Below, piece after piece: positions 31,833 to 41,942 of a DNA stretch of 64,000 bases. The stretch is taken from the IMG/VR virus record IMGVR_UViG_3300025274_001348, positions 1-64,000 of that record; one strand, 5' to 3'. The position numbers and the translations under genes were made by a program. Each line of letters opens with the position of its first letter. Position 1 is the first letter of the stretch. A model generated the notes under the pieces. The model had not been told where the DNA came from, did no database searches, and worked only from the letters and a program-made list of their open reading frames with translations. Source of the stretch: a virus.

Positions 31833-32329
31833 AACTAGATCATATTGCCTACAGGGTAAAAGGTAGACATGAGGCAGCAGAGTTCTTTTATTCGATGTTC
31901 GGTTACGAGTTTGGAACCGAATTTGATGTAGAATTTGATGATGGCTCCAAGGCCGAATGTTATGTCCTCCTTCCACCAATAAATCCATCTATTTTAGTTC
32001 GTGAAGGACCGGAGATATTTATATCTGACGGAAGTCCCGGCTCAATTGTCGGGGATTGGGTTGAGGCTAGGGGTGGTATTGGTGGTATACATCATATAGC
32101 TTATAAGGTAAGAGATATAGACGCTGTTGTTGATGAATGGAAGAAACAAGGCATTGTCGAGTTTCTTACAGACGATGTAATCGAATGTCCAGACGACGAC
32201 CTTCGGCAAATTTTTACTAAACCCTTGGAATACGTAGGTGGAATAATTATCGAACTGATTGAAAGAGGATCTAAAGGATTCTGTGAAAAGTCAGTTAAGG
32301 ACTTAATGAATAGCACGAAAGGATTATAA
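31829..32329 (+). CDS. VOC-fold protein resembling the catalytic C-domain of 4-hydroxyphenylpyruvate dioxygenase
   Basis: LDHIAY, GIHHIAY, LRQIFTKP, IELIER..GF. Confidence 0.7.
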   Translation: MKLDHIAYRVKGRHEAAEFFYSMFGYEFGTEFDVEFDDGSKAECYVLLPPINPSILVREGPEIFISDGSPGSIVGDWVEARGGIGGIHHIAYKVRDIDAVVDEWKKQGIVEFLTDDVIECPDDDLRQIFTKPLEYVGGIIIELIERGSKGFCEKSVKDLMNSTKGL

Positions 32330-33813
32330 TGGGAACTTATACGATTACTCAAGGATTACACTATGTCAATGGTCAATGGACCGGAGGAAGCCAACAGGCG
32401 GCGTTTGACAGCAAGAATCCAGCAACAAAAGAAATTATAGGATCTTTTCCTCAAGCCACTCAGTCAGAAGTTGACTCCACATACCATTTTGCAAGAGATT
32501 CTTTTTACGGGTGGAGGGAGTATGGCAGGGTGCGACGAGCCGAATATTTCCTCAAGCTAGCTAGCCTGATCGAAAAAAGAAAAGATGAAATTGCAAAAAT
32601 GATCAGCATCGAAACGGGTAAGGTATACAACGAGTCTGTTGCAGAAGTGAACGAAGCTCTACACATGGCACAATATGCATTTAGTACAGGGAGGATGCCT
32701 TATGGTGAAGCAATCGCGTCAGAACTACCTGAAAAAGATGCTTACATGCTTCGCAAACCAAAGGGTGTGGTCGCAATTGTCGCTCCTTTTAACTTTCCTT
32801 TTGCTATTGGTGGTTTTTGGTGTGCCGCACCTGCTTTGGTTGAGGGAAATACTGTCATACTAAAACCAAGTGAAGATACCCCTTTAGTGGGACAATTAAC
32901 GGCAGAACTATATCACGAAGCTGGATTTCCACCGGGAGTATTCAATCTACTTCACGGTGACGGCGAAGTTGGAGATATGTTGATTCATCAGGATGTAGAC
33001 CATGTATGTTTTACGGGAAGCGCCGATGTGGGCATGCACGTCAGAAAAGTTTGCGCTGAAAGTTGGCACAAGTCTTGTTCGTGTGAGATGGGTAGTAAGT
33101 CTGCTGTAATCATCCACGAAGATGCCAACTATGATATGGCTATGGCTGCTTGTCTTGCTAGTGCATATAAACTTTCTGGACAAAGATGTGTGTCTGCCGG
33201 TAGGCTAATTGTTCATAGATCTTTATATCACCAGTTTGCAGAAGAATTTGCTGCTAGAAGTGCAATGCTAAAGACTGGCGATCCGTTTAATGAAAACACT
33301 TTCTACGGTCCACTGATAAATCGACAGGGGTTGGACAAGGTTATGCACTTCAATAGCATTGTATTTAACGACAAGGACGTAGACGTGCTGCTTGCCGGGG
33401 TTAGAATTGTTGAAGACGGATTATTTATGACTCCTACGGTTTATAAAACCGAATGGAAAGATGCTCCGTACCTAAAGAATGAAGTGTTTGGGCCTCATGT
33501 ATCTATTATCCCCTATGATAGAGTTTCAGAAGCTATTAATATTTATAACGATACTGATTACGGATTAGCTCTTGGAGTAGTAACCGAAAACTTTAAAGTT
33601 GCCAGAAGGGTTCGTAATGAATGTGATTTTGGTCTTGGTTATTGGAATGGTGGTAGTATTGCGGCTGAGTCTCATCTTGGATTCGGAGGAGTAAAGAAAT
33701 CTGGAAATGGGCAACCTAGCGCTGCTCGTACTTTTAGATCTGTTACTCACGAAGTTGCTTGGACCGTCAATCATGGAGATACTCTTAACTTTCCTCAAGG
33801 CATGAACTCTTGA
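32329..33813 (+). CDS. aldehyde dehydrogenase
   Basis: PFNFP, LKPSE, FTGS, EMGSK, GQRC, EVFGP, FGG.K.SG. Confidence 0.93.
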   Translation: MGTYTITQGLHYVNGQWTGGSQQAAFDSKNPATKEIIGSFPQATQSEVDSTYHFARDSFYGWREYGRVRRAEYFLKLASLIEKRKDEIAKMISIETGKVYNESVAEVNEALHMAQYAFSTGRMPYGEAIASELPEKDAYMLRKPKGVVAIVAPFNFPFAIGGFWCAAPALVEGNTVILKPSEDTPLVGQLTAELYHEAGFPPGVFNLLHGDGEVGDMLIHQDVDHVCFTGSADVGMHVRKVCAESWHKSCSCEMGSKSAVIIHEDANYDMAMAACLASAYKLSGQRCVSAGRLIVHRSLYHQFAEEFAARSAMLKTGDPFNENTFYGPLINRQGLDKVMHFNSIVFNDKDVDVLLAGVRIVEDGLFMTPTVYKTEWKDAPYLKNEVFGPHVSIIPYDRVSEAINIYNDTDYGLALGVVTENFKVARRVRNECDFGLGYWNGGSIAAESHLGFGGVKKSGNGQPSAARTFRSVTHEVAWTVNHGDTLNFPQGMNS

Positions 33814-33814
33814 A

Positions 33815-34618
33815 ATGAATAATATTCTTGTATGTCCACCCACCTTTTATGGCGTTAACTATGAAATTAACGCTTGGATGGATGCAAGTATGGATGTTGA
33901 TTACAAGAAAGCAGATTTACAATGGCTGAAGATGTGCGACAGGCTTATAAGGTCCGGGGGGTATCTCAAATATATAGATCCTCATTCAGATTATCCAGAC
34001 ATGGTCTTTACTGCTAACGCAGGTTTTGTGCATGGTAAAACTGTGATATTGTCTAACAATAGACATAAAGAGCGTCAAGGAGAAAGCCCGTTATTTAAGC
34101 AATGGTTTCTAGATCACGGGTATAGGGTCATAGAGCTTCCTAAACACATCTTTTTTGAAGGAGCAGCCGACGCCATATTTATAAACGATGTTTTGTTTAT
34201 GGGATATGGTTTTAGAACAAGCAAAGAGGCTCATTCAATAATTGCAAACGTATTTAATGTCGAATATGTTTCCTGTGAATTAGTTGATCCACATTTTTAT
34301 CATTTAGACACCTGTTTTTTCCATATGAAGGATAGGGTCATTTATTACAGAGAAGCCTTCTCTCATAAATCAATTGAAGGAGCCATAGAAAAATTGATAG
34401 AAACATGTCTATTTACGCAGGTGCCATTAGACATACTAAACGTGGCTGAATCTCAAGCTAAACAATTTATATGTAACAGTATAGAAATTGATAATAACAT
34501 CGTCACTCCTTCTGTTGATTGTGACGATACGTTTGGTAACCATAGTGTATTCATGTGTGATATGTCAGAATTTATGAAGGCTGGAGGAGCAACAAAATGT
34601 CTAACTCTCAAGCTATAA
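33815..34618 (+). CDS. amidinotransferase/DDAH family protein (arginine dihydrolase-like)
   Basis: YEINAWM, PDMVFTAN, FEG..D, FYHLDTCF, EF.KAGG..KC. Confidence 0.85.
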   Translation: MNNILVCPPTFYGVNYEINAWMDASMDVDYKKADLQWLKMCDRLIRSGGYLKYIDPHSDYPDMVFTANAGFVHGKTVILSNNRHKERQGESPLFKQWFLDHGYRVIELPKHIFFEGAADAIFINDVLFMGYGFRTSKEAHSIIANVFNVEYVSCELVDPHFYHLDTCFFHMKDRVIYYREAFSHKSIEGAIEKLIETCLFTQVPLDILNVAESQAKQFICNSIEIDNNIVTPSVDCDDTFGNHSVFMCDMSEFMKAGGATKCLTLKL

Positions 34619-35826
34619 ATACCTTGTCTCAGTACATTCTGACCGATGGTTTTCATGTTGTTGTTGACCTAGATAAAAGTCAAGGTTCTTGGATAGTAGA
34701 TGCTGAAAATGGAAAGAAGTATTTAGACTGTTATTCCCAATTTGCTAGTCAACCTCTAGGCTGGAATCATCCCGCTCTAATCAACGCCCAAGAGGAACTA
34801 GGGCGCGTAGCTATGCACAAGTTGGCAAATAGTGACATGTATTCAAAGCCCTATGTTGAATTCGTAGAAAAATTTGCGGACATCACAAGAGATTTTAGAC
34901 ACTACTTTTTTGTTGATGGTGGGACACTAGCGGTAGAAAATGCATTAAAAGCTGCTTTTGATTGGAAGGCGCAAAAACTAGGATATACAATAGACATGAG
35001 TCCCAGCCTAAATGAAGCTCTTGCCAATAAACTTGATGTTATACATTTTAGCAATGCTTTTCACGGAAGAAGCGGATATTCAATGTCTATTACAAATACA
35101 GATCCTAATAAAACCAGATGGTTTCCATCCTTTAATTGGACCCCTGTTAATGACCCGTCTGATATAGAGCATAAAATGCACGGTGATGTAGCGGCAATAA
35201 TTATAGAGCCGATACAAGGTGAAGGAGGAGATATACACTTTAACAGAGCGGCGTTCCGGCACCTTAGAAAAATGGCATATAAGTATGACGCAATGTTAAT
35301 ATTTGACGAAGTTCAAACCGGGTTAGGACTTACAGGAAAAATGTGGGGGTACAAACATTTTAGTGGCGTAATGCCTGATATGATTTGTTTTGGTAAGAAG
35401 ACTCAGGTGTGTGGCTTTTGTTGCACAAATAGAATCAATGAAGTTCCCGACAACGTATTCACCGTCTCCTCCAGAATTAACTCTACATGGGGAGGAAATA
35501 TTGTGGACATGGTTAGATTCTGCCATATCATAGATGCAATAGAAGAAAATAATCTTGTAGAGAATGCAAAAACTATAGGTGAATACCTCCTCGGAAAGTT
35601 GGTTATTGTAGATGGCATTTCAAACGTCAGAGGCAGAGGCTTAATGATAGCCTTTGATTTGTCTAACGAATCAGAACGAGACAAAATGATGGAATTGCTA
35701 TCCGAAAATATGTTGGTTCTAAAATGTGGCAAGAAATCTATAAGACTAAGACCTCATCTTACATTCTCAAAAGAGGATGCTGATTTTGCCCATTCCTACA
35801 TAGAGAAAGCGGCGGGGGAACTATGA
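34597..35826 (+). CDS. lat: L-lysine 6-transaminase-like class III aminotransferase
   Basis: LAVENALKAAFDWK, AFHGRSGY, EPIQGEGG, FDEVQTG, FGKKTQVCG, SRINSTWGG. Confidence 0.8.
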   Translation: MSNSQAINTLSQYILTDGFHVVVDLDKSQGSWIVDAENGKKYLDCYSQFASQPLGWNHPALINAQEELGRVAMHKLANSDMYSKPYVEFVEKFADITRDFRHYFFVDGGTLAVENALKAAFDWKAQKLGYTIDMSPSLNEALANKLDVIHFSNAFHGRSGYSMSITNTDPNKTRWFPSFNWTPVNDPSDIEHKMHGDVAAIIIEPIQGEGGDIHFNRAAFRHLRKMAYKYDAMLIFDEVQTGLGLTGKMWGYKHFSGVMPDMICFGKKTQVCGFCCTNRINEVPDNVFTVSSRINSTWGGNIVDMVRFCHIIDAIEENNLVENAKTIGEYLLGKLVIVDGISNVRGRGLMIAFDLSNESERDKMMELLSENMLVLKCGKKSIRLRPHLTFSKEDADFAHSYIEKAAGEL

Positions 35827-36665
35827 ACATTCAAACCGTGGGAATCATTGGTCAGGGATTTGTAGGAAGCGCATTGGGTTGCGCCTTTGCTCAACATTAT
35901 AAGGTGTATACTTACGATAAAATGCTTACAGATCTATCCACACATAAAAGCGTGCATGGGCTGTCCAGAGATTGCGATTTGCTTTTTGTCTGTGTCCCAA
36001 CCCCAATGAGGGAAGATGGGTCTTGCGATATCTCAATAGTCAAAGAAGTTGTTCAAGAAGCCTGTAGCACCGGAAGAAGAAACATAATTGCCATTAAATC
36101 CACGGTCCCTCCTAATACTACTAAGACGTTACAAGAGCTATGTCAAGATTCTCAAATAGTTTTTAACCCGGAGTTTCTACTTGAAAGAAACGCTGAAGAA
36201 GATTTTCGCAACACTAGTCGAGTCATTTTAGGTGGCCCTAGACCAGCAACAACTAGGCTGAAACAATTCTATTCAAAAATCTTTCCTAATGCCCATATCA
36301 TAAAAACCGACTCCACTATAGCAGAGATGGTTAAGTATCTTACTAATTCATTTCTTGCGGTTAAAGTTTCATTCGCTAATGAAATGTACGCCATCTGCAA
36401 AAATCTAGATATAGACTACGACAAGGTAGCTGAATATGCCTTGCACGATGACCGTCTAGGAAATACACACTGGGCCGTTCCCGGTCCCGATGGTCACTAT
36501 GGATTTGGAGGAAGCTGTTTTCCAAAAGATATAAATGCGTTAATGCATCTCGCACAAACTCTGTGTATAAAAGCCAACACAATAGAAGGAGCTTGGAACA
36601 CTAATCTCATGGCTAGGCCAGAGAAGGACTGGGAAACTCTCAAAGGTAGGGCAGTAATCGAGTAA
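35823..36665 (+). CDS. UDP-glucose/GDP-mannose dehydrogenase family (short form)
   Basis: GQGFVG, VPTP, KSTVPP, NPEFL, GFGGSCFPKD. Confidence 0.85.
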   Translation: MNIQTVGIIGQGFVGSALGCAFAQHYKVYTYDKMLTDLSTHKSVHGLSRDCDLLFVCVPTPMREDGSCDISIVKEVVQEACSTGRRNIIAIKSTVPPNTTKTLQELCQDSQIVFNPEFLLERNAEEDFRNTSRVILGGPRPATTRLKQFYSKIFPNAHIIKTDSTIAEMVKYLTNSFLAVKVSFANEMYAICKNLDIDYDKVAEYALHDDRLGNTHWAVPGPDGHYGFGGSCFPKDINALMHLAQTLCIKANTIEGAWNTNLMARPEKDWETLKGRAVIE

Positions 36666-36695
36666 CGTGAAGCAAAAAGGTAGAAAGGTTTACAA

Positions 36696-37187
36696 ATGCC
36701 TACAAGCGTCGAAGAAGCCAACAGTATTATGGAAATAATGGATGATTTTCTGGATGCAGATGACGCCAGAGAATTAACAGCAAGACTTGAGCATGAAATT
36801 GGTCAAAGTACTGATAATGATTCACTAAAAACTAGTCTTGAAATGCTGAAGGAGCTTTACAAGGATAGAACCGGAAGTAGAAAAAAAGACCTTTATAAGA
36901 AGACGTGTCTTTATTCGTTAGTAGCTTTCCATTCCTTTGTTATCACGGTAAATATTATTGCCTTTTTTGTTTTACCGTTCCTGTATCCGTTGTTAGTATG
37001 GATGCCTCTCAACAGTTTTATCCTTACAGTTACATTCACTAGGGAGATATGTCCGTTAACCAGATTAGAGAACTATATCAGAACCTCTCTTGATATGCCA
37101 AGAATAGGTGGGTTTCTTGGTCACTATGGAGTTAGGCCGGTGAAAAACTTTTTAAAAAATAGGCCAAACGGGCCAAAGAGTTCTTGA
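36696..37187 (+). CDS. membrane protein with DUF2784-like C-terminus
   Basis: Two TM segments plus CPLTRLEN. Confidence 0.6.
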   Translation: MPTSVEEANSIMEIMDDFLDADDARELTARLEHEIGQSTDNDSLKTSLEMLKELYKDRTGSRKKDLYKKTCLYSLVAFHSFVITVNIIAFFVLPFLYPLLVWMPLNSFILTVTFTREICPLTRLENYIRTSLDMPRIGGFLGHYGVRPVKNFLKNRPNGPKSS

Positions 37188-37212
37188 CTTTCCCACAAAC
37201 CTGTGCTAAAAT
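37184..37212 (+). promoter_or_regulatory. promoter TTGACT-17-TAAAAT for rII region
   Basis: -35 overlaps the TGA of the upstream gene. Confidence 0.6.
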
Positions 37213-37261
37213 TGATTAGAGAGTTTGAAAAAATCGTTTTCTTTGGTTGAGGGTTGATGAA

Positions 37262-39463
37262 ATGAAACTGCAAAAGAACGCTAACCTAATTGAAAGGTCG
37301 CAGAAGTTCGAGGAAACGAACTACACGATTGAGGCTACAGCAAAAGCCTTCTCCATTCTCTCGGATGGACTGTACGCGAACAAGATAAGGGCAGTAGTTC
37401 GTGAGCTTAGCACAAACGCTTACGACTCACACATCGACGCTGGCAAGCCTGATGTCCCCTTCGAGGTTCACTTGCCTAATTCAATGGAACCCCATTTTAG
37501 CATTCGGGATTTTGGTACAGGTCTTTCGCATGACGATTGCATGAACCTGTATACCACCTACTTTCGGTCCAACCGGACTGACAGTAATAAGGCTGTTGGA
37601 TGTATGGGTCTTGGTAGTAAGTCTCCATTCGCTTATAACGATAGCTTTACCGTTGAATCTTTCTTTAATGGCAAGCATCGTACCTACAGTGCTTATAAGA
37701 ATGAGCAAGAGGAGCCAGTATTTGCTTTGCTCCATGAAAAGGATACCAGCGAACCTAACGGTTTGAGGGTTAGCTTCCCTGTCCAGTCTCATGCTTATGA
37801 TAATGACTTTGACAGGTTTAAAGATGAGGCTGGAGAACTTTACGCCTACTTCAAAGTCCAGCCCAAGGTCACTGGCCAAAGTATCGAAGTTGAACCAGTT
37901 AACTATATCCTTGAAGGTGATGGTTGGGCTGTTCATGACGGTAGTGGTCCCAATTACCACTGTAGTGCTATCATGGGACAAGTCTGTTACGAGATTGACC
38001 AAGATGCTATGGGTGATTACCCTCAAGAGATCAAGCCAGTATTGATGTCAAAGATGGATCTGTTCTTCGATATTGGTGAAATTAATATCACTCCTTCCCG
38101 TGAATCTCTTAGCTATAATGAATTCACCCAGAAGGCTATCATCAAAAAGTGTCAAGAGGTTCTGGAACAGGCTGCTGGTATTGTTGAGGAGTCAATTAAG
38201 AACGCTGAAACACTCTGGGATGCTAGGAAGATGTTTGTTGATATTGTTGATTCCGATCAAAAGTTTGGTAGAATCGGTCAAAGTATCAATAAGGAAAATG
38301 CTGAATGGCAAGGTCAGAAGCTATTTTCTGAGAGTACCACATGGGGATATCATATTCCCACTGGAGGTATTGATGGCCTAACTGTAGTTATGTATTACAG
38401 AGATGGGTGGAAAGAGGCAGTTCAGCGAGACAGCAAAACTGGCATCGCTCCTAGAGGCAATTATGTTATCTATGTGGATGATCTTAAACGAGGGGCTATT
38501 GGCAGAACCAAGCAACTCGTTAAGGATAATACTACCCACAACAGGTGGGGAAGTTCTGACAACTCCTTTAGGGTCTACCTGATTAAAGGTAGCGACGAAG
38601 CTATCCAACGGGTTAAGGATAAGTTGGGATGTAAAGATAGCGATATTCTTCTTGCATCTGATCTACCTAGACCGGATACTAGTGGTTCTTACTCTGATAC
38701 AGAGGCTAGGACTAAGATTGCTGTTTGGAATGGTGGTACTTATGGCTGGAGAGATGCTAACAACTGGGATGATGTAACTATAGACCTCAAGGAAGGTGGT
38801 TACTTTGTAGAGATCAATAGGTACAAGTTCAAAAACCCGAAACGACCATACGGTTCTTTCTCCTCAAGGACTGGTACTTTTCAGACCATCATTAATAAGT
38901 GTGACAAACTTGGCATCGACATTGATAAAATCTATGGTGTTAAGTCAGCAGTCATGAAGACCAAGAAGTTTCGTGATCTAGAGAAAGCAGGTGTTTGGGT
39001 TAACATCTTTGACAAAGTTGAAGAAATTGTTGAAGATCATCTTGACCATAAAGGCTACCGCACTATAATTGGAATGAGAGAAGGTCGCTCTGACCTGTTC
39101 CGTTATGGTAATCACAATCTGGATTACGATGAGGTCTTGGCATTCGCTAAGTTGACCGAGACAGATAATGATCTCAAGAACTTCATGAAGCTCTATGAGG
39201 AAGAACAAGTAGAAGAGAGTGAAGAATATAGAGCAGTTCTAACCTTGTTGAACTGTGCGGAAATGAAAGTAGAGAAAATCAGTAACGGTATTAAGAAGGA
39301 GGATTTTGACAAAGCGGAGAAGGCATTATGGGAGAAGTATCCCCTTGTCAAAGCCGTGTGCCATAACTTTGCTTCAAATCATTTCGATAAGCCGAGTGAA
39401 GCTATCAAAGAGTTGGTACGATACGTAGACTTGAAGGAGAAGGAAGCCAATGAAGCGAATTAA
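37262..39463 (+). CDS. rIIA: rIIA-like protein (GHKL ATPase N-domain)
   Basis: AFSILSDGLY.NKIRAVVRELSTNAYD, IRDFGTGL, GLGSKSPFAY, PSRESL. Confidence 0.88.
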   Translation: MKLQKNANLIERSQKFEETNYTIEATAKAFSILSDGLYANKIRAVVRELSTNAYDSHIDAGKPDVPFEVHLPNSMEPHFSIRDFGTGLSHDDCMNLYTTYFRSNRTDSNKAVGCMGLGSKSPFAYNDSFTVESFFNGKHRTYSAYKNEQEEPVFALLHEKDTSEPNGLRVSFPVQSHAYDNDFDRFKDEAGELYAYFKVQPKVTGQSIEVEPVNYILEGDGWAVHDGSGPNYHCSAIMGQVCYEIDQDAMGDYPQEIKPVLMSKMDLFFDIGEINITPSRESLSYNEFTQKAIIKKCQEVLEQAAGIVEESIKNAETLWDARKMFVDIVDSDQKFGRIGQSINKENAEWQGQKLFSESTTWGYHIPTGGIDGLTVVMYYRDGWKEAVQRDSKTGIAPRGNYVIYVDDLKRGAIGRTKQLVKDNTTHNRWGSSDNSFRVYLIKGSDEAIQRVKDKLGCKDSDILLASDLPRPDTSGSYSDTEARTKIAVWNGGTYGWRDANNWDDVTIDLKEGGYFVEINRYKFKNPKRPYGSFSSRTGTFQTIINKCDKLGIDIDKIYGVKSAVMKTKKFRDLEKAGVWVNIFDKVEEIVEDHLDHKGYRTIIGMREGRSDLFRYGNHNLDYDEVLAFAKLTETDNDLKNFMKLYEEEQVEESEEYRAVLTLLNCAEMKVEKISNGIKKEDFDKAEKALWEKYPLVKAVCHNFASNHFDKPSEAIKELVRYVDLKEKEANEAN

Positions 39464-39743
39464 CGGACATATCAGTATAATTTATGCAGCGGGTCTTGTA
39501 GGCTGCGTTTACCTTGGATATCTTATTGGAGGAATCAGTGCGACTGAAGTTGAAGTAGGAAAACAAGAGGCTCCTGTAAACAGTTTTCACAACAGGAAAT
39601 TAATCAGGGAGATTGTGGCACAGAACAAGGTCATTATTAAGCATCAAGAAAAGGTGGAAAAGATCGTGGAGTATCTATTCAAGTATGAGCTTGGCACTCC
39701 CGTTCCAAGGTTTGAAGAAGAAGGAAAAGAAGATGAGAATTAG
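39450..39743 (+). CDS. membrane-anchored hypothetical protein
   Basis: N-terminal TM. Confidence 0.6.
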   Translation: MKRINGHISIIYAAGLVGCVYLGYLIGGISATEVEVGKQEAPVNSFHNRKLIREIVAQNKVIIKHQEKVEKIVEYLFKYELGTPVPRFEEEGKEDEN

Positions 39744-39954
39744 TGGAAAGAGTTTTGGTGAATTGAAGGACGTTTTGAGTACGGCTTTGAACAGTGACAT
39801 TGAGTTCACTTACAACGATAAGCCCCGTCACGGTGAGTTGGTTGACTTTGGTGTTGGTCCGCATGGTGCGTTCTTCACTATCGAGAATGATGTAGATACT
39901 AAGTCGTTTAGCGTCAACAAGGTTAGCGGTCTTAAGATTAGCCAGTCTGCGTAA
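39733..39954 (+). CDS. SH3/WYL-like small protein, paralog of 8477-8653
   Basis: FTYNDKPRHG…GVGPHG…KSFSVNKV. Confidence 0.55.
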   Translation: MRISGKSFGELKDVLSTALNSDIEFTYNDKPRHGELVDFGVGPHGAFFTIENDVDTKSFSVNKVSGLKISQSA

Positions 39955-39972
39955 CTTAAAAAGGTATTGAAA

Positions 39973-40839
39973 ATGAATTACATTGTAAGCGGTAACGGAA
40001 CTATGACAATCGTTGTGAACAACGAGAGTCACACAGTTGGACATGACCATCCTAATTACATGGCAATTAAGGAATGCCTTGGTAACAACGATGAAGCTAC
40101 TTTGATCCCGTTGCTCGACATCCCTAAGTCAATCCTCAATTACACTGAGGGAAAGGTTGATATCAAGGACGGTATCCTTCAGTATGATGATGAGGAGATT
40201 CATAACGCGCTAACGGATCGTGTTATGCAAATGATGAGGGATGGATTCCCGTTTAAGCCGATGCTTAATTTCTTGGCTAATGTGCTTGAGAATCCCAGCA
40301 ACCGTGCTGTGGAGGAATTGTATACATTCCTTGAGCATAAGAATTTGCCCATTACGGAAGATGGGTGTTTTCTGGCATACAAGGCTGTTACTCATGACTA
40401 CAAGGACAAGTGGACTGGCGACATTGATAACAGTGTTGGTCAGCAAGTAGGCATGAAGCGCCGTAAGGTGAATGACAACTGCGACGTTGGTTGCAGCGAG
40501 GGTCTCCACTGTGGCGCAATCGAGTATGTCGAAGGCTACAGTCGTATTACTGGTGATCCAAACACTGATGATAAAGTGGTCATCGTTAAGGTGAACCCCA
40601 AGGACGTTGTTTCTGTGCCTCTCGATTCTGAGTGCCAGAAGGTTCGTACTTGTGCATACGAAGTGGTTGCTGATTACGATGGGCCGCTTCAGCAAGTTGT
40701 TCATCATTCTGATAGCAAAGAATGGAGTCAGGATGACTTCGCTAACTTCATGGCTACTCTCATGGGTAGTAACGAAGACGTTGAGGAATGTGATGAGCAG
40801 GACTGGACCGATCATGGGTATGATCCTGACCTCAACTGA
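39973..40839 (+). CDS. rIIB: rIIB-like protein
   Basis: NPS.RAV.ELY.FL, PIT.DG.FLAYK, CS.GLH, VKVNP.DVVSVP, R.C.YEVV. Confidence 0.88.
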   Translation: MNYIVSGNGTMTIVVNNESHTVGHDHPNYMAIKECLGNNDEATLIPLLDIPKSILNYTEGKVDIKDGILQYDDEEIHNALTDRVMQMMRDGFPFKPMLNFLANVLENPSNRAVEELYTFLEHKNLPITEDGCFLAYKAVTHDYKDKWTGDIDNSVGQQVGMKRRKVNDNCDVGCSEGLHCGAIEYVEGYSRITGDPNTDDKVVIVKVNPKDVVSVPLDSECQKVRTCAYEVVADYDGPLQQVVHHSDSKEWSQDDFANFMATLMGSNEDVEECDEQDWTDHGYDPDLN

Positions 40840-40851
40840 GAGGAGGGACAT

Positions 40852-41310
40852 ATGCAGGATATGCCCCATGTTGTTGGTATAGATGGGTTTCTCGGTTTTG
40901 TCTATGTCATGATAGCCATTATCGGTTTTTGGTATGGTGTTTGCCAAGGATTTCGCTCTATGAAAGAACCCTTATATATCACCCTGACAGAAGAAGAAAA
41001 GGATCACACACCTTTCTGTAATGACGATTGGGACACGATTTGTCGATCAGCTATTGAAGGAGCAAAAGATGGCAATCATCGTGACAGACAATGGGTTATG
41101 GAAAACGTCATCAGTACCCATGAGGTAGATAAGGAGGAACCGGAAGACGAGAAGCCCAAGACGAGTGAGCAAGTAATTAATGATACTATTGCAACACTCA
41201 GATCTATGGGTCATAAAGCTGCCGAAGCTAAGAAGCTCGTTATGGATCTTGCTTCTAAGAAGGTTTACCACAGTGCCGAAGAGTTGTTAGTAGATGTATA
41301 TAAAAGGTAA
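40852..41310 (+). CDS. membrane protein with RuvA C-terminal-like domain
   Basis: N-terminal TM; DTIATLRSMGHKAAEAKKLV…AEELL. Confidence 0.55.
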   Translation: MQDMPHVVGIDGFLGFVYVMIAIIGFWYGVCQGFRSMKEPLYITLTEEEKDHTPFCNDDWDTICRSAIEGAKDGNHRDRQWVMENVISTHEVDKEEPEDEKPKTSEQVINDTIATLRSMGHKAAEAKKLVMDLASKKVYHSAEELLVDVYKR

Positions 41311-41321
41311 ACCTCAACCAG

Positions 41322-41357
41322 CAGGTTCGCCCCCGTAAGGGGGCGTTCCTGTTTTTT
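41322..41357 (+). terminator. intrinsic terminator
   Basis: CAGG..CGCCCCC-GTAA-GGGGGCG..CCTG plus T-tract. Confidence 0.8.
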
Positions 41358-41375
41358 GTTTTACTGGAGTAAGAA

Positions 41376-41942
41376 ATGAATAGATTAAAAGGTATGACTT
41401 GTTATCTATGCGGCGCGATGGATCGCGTGTCTGATGGGGGCGAAGGATGGCGAGAATGGATCACTCCTCATCTTTACGATCTTGGGGTAGGCGTGTATAA
41501 TCCTTGTAACAAGCCTAGTGATTTCGCACCAGAAGACGAGAACACTAGGAACGCCATTAATTATTACAAGGAGATGGGCAACCATGAGAAGGTTGCTGAA
41601 ATAATGAAACCTATTTGCGCAGTTGATCTACGCATGGTAGACATCGCGCACTTTCTAGTAATGAGCCTAGATTTAGATGTGCATATGTGTGGATCATATC
41701 ATGAAGCATTCATGGCGGTGTTTCAAAAGAAGCCCGTACTCATCATGTGTGAGCAGGGTAAGAACGCTCTTCCTAATTGGCTGTATGGAGTCATGCCAAA
41801 CGAAACCATGTTTTCTAGCTGGGAAGACTTACTTAATTACCTAGAACACATTAACAGTGCAGAAGAAGTAGACCATCTAGATAGATGGAGGTTTTTCGAT
41901 TTCGAGAAAGTATATGGAGTAGCTGATGGTACGACAACTTAG
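41376..41942 (+). CDS. nucleoside 2-deoxyribosyltransferase-like protein
   Basis: YLCGAMD, WR, YNP, DL..VD, GSYHE. Confidence 0.7.
   Translation: MNRLKGMTCYLCGAMDRVSDGGEGWREWITPHLYDLGVGVYNPCNKPSDFAPEDENTRNAINYYKEMGNHEKVAEIMKPICAVDLRMVDIAHFLVMSLDLDVHMCGSYHEAFMAVFQKKPVLIMCEQGKNALPNWLYGVMPNETMFSSWEDLLNYLEHINSAEEVDHLDRWRFFDFEKVYGVADGTTT

Noticed and set aside
18143-36665. Cellular (bacterial chromosome) origin of the metabolic block
   Set aside because: Metabolic genes are interleaved with phage-type hypotheticals, rIIA/rIIB and phage sigma factors on one strand, with no ribosomal or core cell genes; a provirus-host chimera is not fully excluded without reads.
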